Origin: Rebecca billardiae RCC1528
Lineage: Eukaryota; Protista; Haptophyta
DNA length: 64,000 bases
Direction of reading: 5' to 3'
Assembly: GCA_965240325.2 (NCBI GenBank)
Contig: OZ251235.1
Span: forward strand, 682,001-746,000
Below, one piece after another: positions 34,745 to 42,851 of this stretch. Position 1 is the stretch's first letter. Every line of letters starts with the position of its first letter. The notes below the pieces were generated by a model. The model was not told the origin of the DNA. It was given only the letters and a program-made list of their open reading frames with translations, and did no database searches. Made by a program: the position numbers and the translations under genes.

Positions 34745-36860
34745 TGAGCTCAATCGTGCGTAACCACGGACCGCCGGGCATGGCCCACCCAACCGGTCGC
34801 AGCGCCGCGGGCGCCGCGGACAGCGGATCCGCGCGGGCGACGACGTCCGCGCGCGAGCTCGGCCTCGAGCAGCTGGGCGACAGCGCGAAGACCAACCAGA
34901 TGCTCACTGGCGTGACGAACGAGTTTGCCAAGTTCGCAAGCTCCAACTCCAGCGTGAGCACCGACCTCTTCACCAGAACGGGCGGCAGCCTGAACCTGAT
35001 GCCGGAGAGCACGTTCGTGACGCTTGCGCGGCAGCTGCCCTCGCTCGTCCCGATCACGAGCAAGATCAAGGAGAAGAACGAGCAAATCGCCACGGTGGAC
35101 GCGGCGACGCGCTCCAAGGAGAAGGTGCTCCTCGTCCGCGCGAAGGTCGCGCAGCGAGAGCTCGACGGCAAGAACGAGCCGATGACACCGGTACCACTCG
35201 CGGCCGCGCCGGCGTTCCCGCCCGCGGCAGCGCCCTCTGACGCGTCTGCGGACGGCGACGACGCGAGCAGCGGGCCGGCGAGCGGTCTCCCGAGCGTTGA
35301 GGCGACGGTGAAGTTCGATGGCATGTCCGTCACGGCGGAGGAGCTGCACGAGCTCGTCGAGGCCAAGCTCGCGGAGATCACGGCCGAGAGGGACATCACC
35401 ATCGGTAAGATTGCGATACTCGGAGAGGGCTTTGCTGGCGTCTCCGCGCTCGACAGCCCGAACCTGATCTACCAGAAGGTGTATGAGAACTCCGCGGCCG
35501 TGCTGCTGAAGCTGTTGAAGTCGACGCTGAACGCGGAAGCGCAGCAGTACGTGGACGCGTGCTCGCGGCGCAAGGGCATGGGCCCCTACCCGAAGGCTGC
35601 CGAGCAGCTGCAGGCGTGGTGGATTGAGCTGCGTGAGCTGCGCGACGAGGTGAGCGTCGACCACCTGATGGACATCATGGCCCCGTACCTGAACACGGGG
35701 GAGAGCGAGCACAAGACATTCTCGGACCTGCCGTCGTACCTGGCGTACTCGAAGGAGCGGCAGCTCGTATTCGAGCGCCTGCGGGCGCCGGCCGAGGCGC
35801 TCGAGCTGGCCCGCGTGCTGCAGCCGCTGCGCAGCATGAAGGGCGACCTCTCGCTCAAGTTGAAGCTCGACAAGTTCCTCAAGATGCCGTACGCGGAGGT
35901 GACGAACGCGACGCTCGTCATGATGAACTCCGACCTCGCGAGCCACCCGCCGCGCGGTGTGATCACCGTGGGCAACGTGAAGGAGCGCCCGCCCCCGCGC
36001 CAGCCGCCGAAGCAGCCGGCGCACGAGGTGTCCGGCGCGACGACGCCGCACGTCCCGCCAAAGCTGAAGTGCGACTTGTGTAAGGGGAACCACTACTACG
36101 GCAAGATGTGCTCGCAGTTCAAGCCGGACGGCCCGGTGCCGCCAGCGGTGGTCGCTGCGCGCGAGGAGCGCGCTGCTGCGCGCGCGCGTGCGAGGCAGGA
36201 GCAACCGGGCGCGGGTGCGCGCCGCGCCGCGGACCGCGGGGCCATCATCGTGCCCGCGGGTGTCCCCGGCCGGAGCATCGCACCGGGCGTCCGCGCGGTC
36301 CAGGCGATCGAGAACATTGACGAGGTGGAGCCTCACGACGAGGTGATCGGCGGGCGCGTCGCCGCCGCGGTCGTCGAGGACAAGGGGGGCGCCGAGCCGC
36401 CCAACCGAGCGAACGGGCGCATTGACTCCGCTGCCGACCGGTCAGTCGGCGGGATGTGGATGGTCGACGCCGGTCTTGTGGAGAACTTGACGGCGCAGAA
36501 CGGCGCGCTCATCGGCTTTGATGGCGGGGCCGCGGCCTCGTCGCTCAAGGGTGAGATCACCGCGCGCATGCTGAGCGTGGACGGCTCCGACTCGCAGCTG
36601 ATCAAGTGCGAGATCTGGATTGCCGAGGGCGTGGAGACCATCCTGCTGTCCGCGGACGCGCTCGCGAGCGTCGGCGCGACGACCACCATCTCCAAGTGGC
36701 GGCAGTCGTCGTGCGACTTCACGGACGTCGGAGGCGGCTACATCAAGATCGGCTCGGACGCGCGCGTCATCCTCGAGCTCCAGCCCGTCGAGGAGGCGGC
36801 CGCCGCCGCGGCGGGGCGCGTCGAGCCGGAGGCCGAACGCGCGCCCGCGCCCGCGCCTGT

Positions 36861-36898
<38 letters not shown>

Positions 36899-36924
36899 TC
36901 GGGCGCGCGCCGGGAAACGAGTAG
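34744..36924 (+). CDS. gag: Gag-protease ORF of the copia element
   Basis: Zinc knuckle CDLCKGNHYYGKMC (CX2CX3HX5C variant), copia-type protease motif RIDSAADRS, Pro-Ala hinge, TAG at 36922-36924. Confidence 0.85.
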
Positions 36925-36979
36925 GGCCCGAGCGCGCGGCGGCTGAGCGAGCTGCCGCCGGGCGTGCGCGCACGCCCGG
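36912..36979 (+). promoter_or_regulatory. Putative -1 programmed ribosomal frameshift signal (G GGA AAC plus 3' stem-loops)
   Basis: X XXY YYZ heptamer in the correct Gag phase (ccG GGA AAC gag tag). Stem GCCCG/CGGGC starts 7 nt downstream and encloses GCGGCGGCT-GAGCG-AGCTGCCGC. Perfect 22-nt palindrome at 36958-36979. Confidence 0.8.
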
Positions 36980-39900
36980 TGACAAGGAGCTCGGCCTGTG
37001 GGCCGCCCGCTTGGGCACGACGAACAAGACTTTGCTGACTCGCACTTGGCGCGCCACCGCTGGCATGCCGGAGGCGACGATGGCGCGCGCGCCGCTGGAC
37101 ACGCTGTCCGGCGCGCACATGAAACGACGGCCCTTTAACCGGCCCATGCCCCGCGCGACGCACCCGCGCGAGGTGACGCACATGGACGTGGTGTCCGTGT
37201 CGAAGATTGACTTGCCGATCGGCGAGGCCGGGATCCCGGTCGGCATGAAGTACGCGCTGGTGTGTGTAGATGACTACTCGCGCCGGATGAGCGTCTACTT
37301 CTGCAAGTTGAAGTCGCAGATACCTGACCTGATCGCGATGTATTTTCGCGAGATGGGAGCGCACGAGCTGTACGGCTCGCACATCGAGCTTGGACCTGGG
37401 TTCAAGCGATTCCACATCCACACCGACGGCGGCACCGAGCTGAACTCGGAGCGCGTGTCCGAGCTGCTGCTGCAGCTTGGCCTCGCCGCCAACGTGACGA
37501 GCGCGCCCGACACTCCCTCCTCGAATGGGGTGGCGGAGCACGCGATCCAGACTCTGGTGCGCGACACGATTGCGCGCCTTGCGATGACGGGCATGCCTGC
37601 CCAGCATTGGCACTATGCGATGCGCCACGCGTGCGCGAGCAGAAACCGCTTGGCGTCCAGGCGAATCATGCGCGACGGCGCGCTGATGTTCGTGACGCCC
37701 TACGAGCTCTTTTTTGGCAAGCCGCCGGACATGCGTCACGTGATCGTGTTCGGCGCCCCGTGCCGTGTGGTCCTGCAGGGACTCGAGAAGCAGCGGCGGG
37801 GCAAGCTGGGCATGCCGACGGTGCGTGGCCGCGTCCTCGGTCACGGCATCGACGGCTCCCAGATCGACAAGACGTTCCGGCTGCTGCTGGGGTACGTCGT
37901 GCTGCTCGATGACGGGCGCGTGATTCACTCCAAGCACGTGTACATTGATGAGCGGTCGCTGGTCGAGGGGGGGCACACTCCGTTCGCGACCAGCTATGAC
38001 GGTGCCGAGCCCGAGGGAGACGCCGCTGACGGCGAGCTCACCGACGAGGGCGACGGGCATTTTGAGATTGAGGACGGTGCAGCCGACGACGGCGGCGCTG
38101 CTGCTCATGACGACGGGGGCGCGGCGAGCGAAGCTGCGCGACCGAGCGCCGACGGCGATGACGCCGGAGGCGATGACGACGCACGAGCTGGTGAGTCCGC
38201 GGCGCCCGAGCTGCCGCGCGACTACGACCCGATGCGACGAGACCGAGCGAGGCGGAGCAGACCCGCCGCGCAGACGGTGCAGGCTGTGACCGAGGCAGCG
38301 TTCCAGGCCGCGGGCGAGGAACCTACCGAGGAGAACAGCTTCGAGGCATTCGCTGCAACGACAATCGCGCGGATGAATGGTGTGCCGATCACCATCCCCA
38401 CGACGTGGGACGAGGCGATGAAATCGCCCGAGGCCAAGCTCTGGATGCAGGCCTGCCATGACCACCTCGACGCGCACGGCGTGAGACACACGTTCTTCGA
38501 GGTGATTGTTCCGGACACCACGCGCACGATTCCTGTCAAGTGGGTGTTCGACGTGAAGACGCTTCCCGATGGCGAAGTGATCAAGTTCAAGGCGCGGCTG
38601 GTAACCCAGGGGTTCCGCCAGCGTGAGGGCATCGACTTCAATGAGGTGTTCGCCCCGACGATACGACCAGAACAGCTGCGGCTGATGCTCGCGGTCGCGC
38701 TCAAGGCCAAAGGCGTCTCGATGACGGACGCGGCGAGCGCCAAGATCGTGGAGACGCGACCCGCCGACGTGCGGCACGCATACCTGAACAGCGACCTGCC
38801 GGAGGGCGAGGAGGTGATGACACCGCTCCCGCCTGGCTACACCCCGAAGAGCTCGACGCCGCTCGGCTCGAAGGTGGTCGCGAAGTTTGTGAAGGCGCTC
38901 CCAGGCATGCGCCAGGCCGGGCGCGTGTGGTACCTACACTTGCGTAAGTGTTTGCTCGAACATGGGTTCGAGCCGTGCCCGAGCGCGCCGTGCATCTACT
39001 CGAAGGCAGTCGATGGCGGCTACGTGTTCGTCGGTCACTTTGTCGACGATCTGCTGATGATGAACATCTCGAAGGACAAGAACGCATTGGACGCGCTGAT
39101 GACGGCGTTGCTGACGCACTACGAGATGCAGGGCGCGGACTGCCTGAGCAAGTTCCTTGGCGCCGAATTTGAGACCACGGTGGACGGACTTTTTACCCAC
39201 CTGAACCAGTACATCGGTGATGTGTGCGAGCGCTTCCACCTGAGTGGAGAGCGCCACCCACCGACCCCCGAGTGCAGCGAGACGCGCGAGATCCCCCGCC
39301 CGCTGCAAGCCCTCCTGCTGCGCGCTGACCGCCAGCACTACCAGGAGATGACCGGTGCCCTCATGTACTGCATGACGACGTGTCGCCCCGACATCGCGCA
39401 CGCCGTGAACATGCTGGCACGCCGGATGTCCAATCCCCGGCTCTACGACTTGACCGCCGCGAAGCGCACGCTCCGATACTTGCTCGGCACGCGTCGGCGC
39501 GGCATCCTCTTCCGGCACGCGACGCACGCACAACACCCTGATTTGGTGGCGTACGCGGACTCGGACTGGGCGAACGATCGTGAAGATCGACGTTCTACGA
39601 CGGGATACCTTGTTATGTACAACGGGGTCCCGATCTCGTGGCACACCGGACTGCAGAGCGTGGTCGCGTTGTCTACGTGCGAGGCGGAGTACATCGCGCT
39701 GAGCGAGTGCTGCCGCGAGGTGATCTACCTGCGCGACCTGGTCACGTTTTTGAACGAGCCGGTCGTGGAGCCCACGACGGTGATCTACGAGGATAACCAG
39801 GGCACGATCGATTTGACGAACAACCCGGTGCACCACAAGCGCACCAAGCACATTGACGTGAAGTACCATTTCACGCGGCGCGCGCAAGCCGACGGCGCCG

Positions 39901-40034
39901 TGCTGATCCAGAAGGTGCCGACCGACGACAACCGGTCCGACATCATGACCAAGGCTACCGCGACGAGTACTTTTCTCAAGCACGTCGTGGCGATACTGCA
40001 TGCTGTTCCACCACCTCCGCCGCCTTCGGCATGA
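36918..40034 (+). CDS. pol: Integrase-reverse transcriptase-RNase H (pol), in the -1 frame relative to gag-PR
   Basis: LWAARLG pre-integrase motif; DDE residues in HMDVV, HTDGGTE and NGVAE. RT: KWVF, FKARLVTQGFRQREGIDFNEVFAP, FVDD. RNase H: YADSDWA, STCEAEY, YEDNQG, RTKHIDVKYHF, DIMTK. Confidence 0.93.
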   Translation, partial: RVGPERAAAERAAAGRARTPGDKELGLWAARLGTTNKTLLTRTWRATAGMPEATMARAPLDTLSGAHMKRRPFNRPMPRATHPREVTHMDVVSVSKIDLPIGEAGIPVGMKYALVCVDDYSRRMSVYFCKLKSQIPDLIAMYFREMGAHELYGSHIELGPGFKRFHIHTDGGTELNSERVSELLLQLGLAANVTSAPDTPSSNGVAEHAIQTLVRDTIARLAMTGMPAQHWHYAMRHACASRNRLASRRIMRDGALMFVTPYELFFGKPPDMRHVIVFGAPCRVVLQGLEKQRRGKLGMPTVRGRVLGHGIDGSQIDKTFRLLLGYVVLLDDGRVIHSKHVYIDERSLVEGGHTPFATSYDGAEPEGDAADGELTDEGDGHFEIEDGAADDGGAAAHDDGGAASEAARPSADGDDAGGDDDARAGESAAPELPRDYDPMRRDRARRSRPAAQTVQAVTEAAFQAAGEEPTEENSFEAFAATTIARMNGVPITIPTTWDEAMKSPEAKLWMQACHDHLDAHGVRHTFFEVIVPDTTRTIPVKWVFDVKTLPDGEVIKFKARLVTQGFRQREGIDFNEVFAPTIRPEQLRLMLAVALKAKGVSMTDAASAKIVETRPADVRHAYLNSDLPEGEEVMTPLPPGYTPKSSTPLGSKVVAKFVKALPGMRQAGRVWYLHLRKCLLEHGFEPCPSAPCIYSKAVDGGYVFVGHFVDDLLMMNISKDKNALDALMTALLTHYEMQGADCLSKFLGAEFETTVDGLFTHLNQYIGDVCERFHLSGERHPPTPECSETREIPRPLQALLLRADRQHYQEMTGALMYCMTTCRPDIAHAVNMLARRMSNPRLYDLTAAKRTLRYLLGTRRRGILFRHATHAQHPDLVAYADSDWANDREDRRSTTGYLVMYNGVPISWHTGLQSVVALSTCEAEYIALSECCREVIYLRDLVTFLNEPVVEPTTVIYEDNQGTIDLTNNPVHHKRTKHIDVKYHFTRRAQADGAVLIQKVPTDDNRSDIMTKATATSTFLKHVVAILHAVPPPPPPSA

Positions 40035-40038
40035 TGTC

Positions 40039-40047
40039 GAGGGGGGG
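40039..40047 (+). other. Polypurine tract
   Basis: GAGGGGGGG immediately 5' of the 3' LTR. Confidence 0.85.
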
Positions 40048-40448
40048 TGTTGTATTAATTCCGAATTTCCTCCGTGCACGATTTCTTTTCTTCTCCAGGC
40101 GCTTGGATCCAACCGCCAGGAGAGGTCGAGTCCCAGGTACTACTCGCTGTCGTACCTGCCCTCCCTGAACCGGCACGAGCGCGCTCGGCCCCTAATCCTA
40201 TTGCTTTCGCCGCTGTCCGCAGGCGAACGCAAGCCGCCGGGTACGTATGTCCGTTTTCCCCCGGCGCTATTGGTCTAACGAGCAGTAACGACCTATCAGT
40301 TTACTGGTGCCGTTTGCTTTTGCACCTGTGTGGGACGACTCCCGCACCGCCCGCTCGTCCGCACGGACGACGCTGCTGACGACGTCCGCAGGGACACTGT
40401 GATAAGCCCCTGCGTGACCGGGGAACTGGTAAGGCGGAATAAACATCA
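40048..40448 (+). repeat. 3' LTR
   Basis: Direct repeat of 34344-34744, followed by TSD AATAT. Confidence 0.96.
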
Positions 40449-40728
40449 AATATTTAATGGGGACCGCCGCGGCCGCCGCTGGCCCGGCGGCGACACCTCG
40501 GCACCTCGCTGTCTGACCGCGCTGACGCTAATAAAATTATTTATAATAATTTATTATTACGACTATTATAATGATATTATACTATTATTCGGATAGTCTT
40601 GGTTACTGCCCAAAGGCCAAATAATGCTGGCGGTGCAACGCTGCGCTCACGAACCGCGCGCGTGCGCGCGGGCGCCATCACCCCGATGGATGCACGATAG
40701 GGTGCAGCATGGGGTGGCAGCTCCGGCC

Positions 40729-40817
40729 GCGCACGCGAGAGTGGTCTCGGGCGCCGCCCGCAGGAGAAGGCTCCCGCTTTGGAGGCGACACCGTCATGGA
40801 TGCGGTGGTGGGCGCGC
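40729..40817 (-). promoter_or_regulatory. Eukaryotic type-2 SECIS element in the 3' UTR of the arsenite methyltransferase gene
   Basis: Minus strand reads ATGA-C-GGTGTCGCCT-CC-AAA-GCGGGAG-CCTT-CTCCTGC-GGGCGGCGCC-C-GA-G. This gives the AUGA/GA core (40797-40794; 40748-40747), a fully pairing 10-bp helix II, an unpaired AAA 13 nt after AUGA and an apical mini-stem. Helix I (GCGCGC/GCGTGC) is weaker. Confidence 0.88.
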
Positions 40818-41044
40818 CAGCAGCGTCGAGCGCGATGATGGCGGTGCCAAGCAAGTCCGAGCGCACGCCTGAAGCCAGCCAGCGCTCAGCGCGCGATCGA
40901 GCGCGGAGCGGCGGCGTGCGAAGGTTGGAGGGGTAGGGGGGGCGAGAGACGACGCCGGTGCGCCGTGCTCGGTCCCCGGCGTGCGCCGCGGCGAGCGCGT
41001 GCCGGGTGCGGGAGCACGGATCTCCAGAGGAGCGCACCGGCCGC

Positions 41045-42257
41045 TTACTGTCAGCACGCCTGCCCCGCCGCGCACGGCTGCTCCTGGGGCGCACGCGGCG
41101 GCGGCGGCGCGGCCTCCGCCTTGGGCTCAGCCGCCGCACTGCCGCTGGGCGGGCTGCCCTCGAGCGCGTCGGCCATCGGCTCGTCCTCGTCCGCAGCGCT
41201 CGGCGCGGCGCGGGGCGGCGGGCGCCGGCCGAAGACGCTCGGCGCCGGCATGCCGAGCACGAACGGCACGGTCGCGCCCACGAGCGCGTCGATCAGGCTG
41301 GCGAGCGGTGGCGCCGCGCGCGCGACTGCCGAGTAGGCCGCCAGCGGCGCGGGGAGAGGCTTGCGCGCCGTCACGTACGCCGAGACGACAAACTTCTCCG
41401 CGCCGGAGCCGGGCATCCAGTCCTTGATGAACTCGGCCGACTCCGTTTTCTCCTGCACGGAGGCACACGCCACGCGCGCGCGTGAGCGCGTGAGCGCACG
41501 CGAGAGCGCGCGCGCGCGCGCGCTTGCGGGACGGCCGGGCGGCGCGCGCGGCGCGCACCTCGATGGCCACCTCCGTGAAGCCGACGTTGCGCATGGCTGC
41601 CGCGAGCTCGTCAGGCTCCGGCGCGCCCGCGACTCAGCAAGCGAGCGCCTCCGCCGTCTTCAGCGCCTCCGGCATCGGCCCCGAGCCGCGCGCCTGCACA
41701 ATGTCGGACACGGCGATCCGTCCGCCCGGCCGGAGCGCGCGGAACGCCTCCGCCATCACCTGCTGCTTGTCGGGCGAGAGGTTGATCACGCAGTTGGAGA
41801 TGAGCACGTCGACCGAGCCGTCCGCGACGGGCAGGTGCTCGATCTCGCCGAGCCGGAACGTCACGTTCGTCGCGCCCATCTGCTGCGCGTTTGCGCGCGC
41901 GCGCGAGATCATGTCTGGCGTCATGTCCACGCCGATCACCGCGCCCGACGGGCCGACCGCGCGGCCGGCGAGGAGCGAGTCGAAGCCGGCGCCCGAGCCG
42001 AGGTCGACGACGCGCTCGCCAGGCTGCAGCGCCGCAATCTTGATCGGGTTGCCGCAGCCCAGCCCCAGATTCGAGCCGTCGCCCAGCTTGCCGAGCGCGA
42101 GCTGCTCCGACTCGTAGCCCAGCTTGGCGGACGCAAAGTCGAAGTCGCGCTGGTCGCCGCAGCAGCCGCCGCCGCCGCCGAGGAGCGGCTTGCCCTTCGC
42201 CGTCTCCGCGTACGCCTCGCGCACGCCCTGACGGACGGAGTCTGCGGTGGCCTCCAT
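41045..42257 (-). CDS. arsM: Selenocysteine-containing arsenite S-adenosylmethionine methyltransferase (ArsM/AS3MT family); exons 42257-41559 and 41452-41051 (or -41045 if the second UGA is also Sec)
   Basis: GCCG, LGLGCGNP, VDLGSGAGFD, GVDMTPDM, GEIEHLP, ISNCVINLSPDK, LRPGGRIAVSD, then AC-TGA(41636-41634)-VAGA...GFTEVAIE. Phase-0 intron 41453-41558. Exon 2 EKTESAEFIKDWMPGSGAEKFVVSAYVTARKP is the typical ArsM C-terminus. SECIS downstream. Confidence 0.93.
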
Positions 42258-42851
42258 GGCCCACCCGCCCGCCGCGCTGCCGATGGGACCGAGCGGGAGA
42301 GGCGGAGGGGAGCGACTTCACGCGCGCAAGCGCTTTATTGCAGGTCTGTATGTAGCACCCGGACCGTCCAGACTGTCCACCGGACGCCAACGGTTCGCCA
42401 ATCTGAAATCGCCCGCACGGCGCCGGCGGGCGGCACTTTTCGATCGACGCCCGCACCGACAGCGGACAGCCGGGCGAGGGCGCGCGTGGACGATCAGGCA
42501 CCCGGCGACAGCGCGGGGGTCGGCGCGCACGCAGGCCCTCAGAATCGCGATCGCGCGGCCACCCTCCGCCAACCGCATACACGCACTCATCCGCAGCGCC
42601 GATGTCCGTGCGCCCTCTCCTCAGCAGATGGCCCGACGCCACTATCCGGAGCGCAAGCGCCGAGCGCGCCACGGCGCCGCCCGCATCGTGATCGTTATTC
42701 TCATCATGTGCCTCGTATGCATGCGTCGTCCTGATAGTGATATGGCCTATGAGCGCGCGGGTCCCCCGGGAAAACGACGAACCCCTCCGGCAGCGGCATA
42801 GATCTATGTATATATATAGTTATATATAGATTCTAGCTCTCCGACTGTTCA

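Larger units (their letters stand above)
34344..40448 (+). mobile_element. Full-length Ty1/copia LTR retrotransposon (6,105 bp), recent insertion
   Basis: 401-bp LTRs (TGTTG...CATCA) with no differences seen by eye. 5-bp TSD AATAT at 34339-34343 and 40449-40453. PPT GAGGGGGGG before the 3' LTR. Domain order Gag-PR-INT-RT-RH. Confidence 0.97.

Noticed and set aside
36606-36911. Pol starting at 36606 with an (RA)n tract
   Set aside because: This is the -1 reading of the protease end and Pro-Ala hinge; pol homology begins only after the slippery site.
41634-41636. arsM as a nonsense pseudogene or a 207-aa truncated protein
   Set aside because: The TGA falls on the conserved Cys column, downstream sequence is conserved and spliceable, and a SECIS is present.
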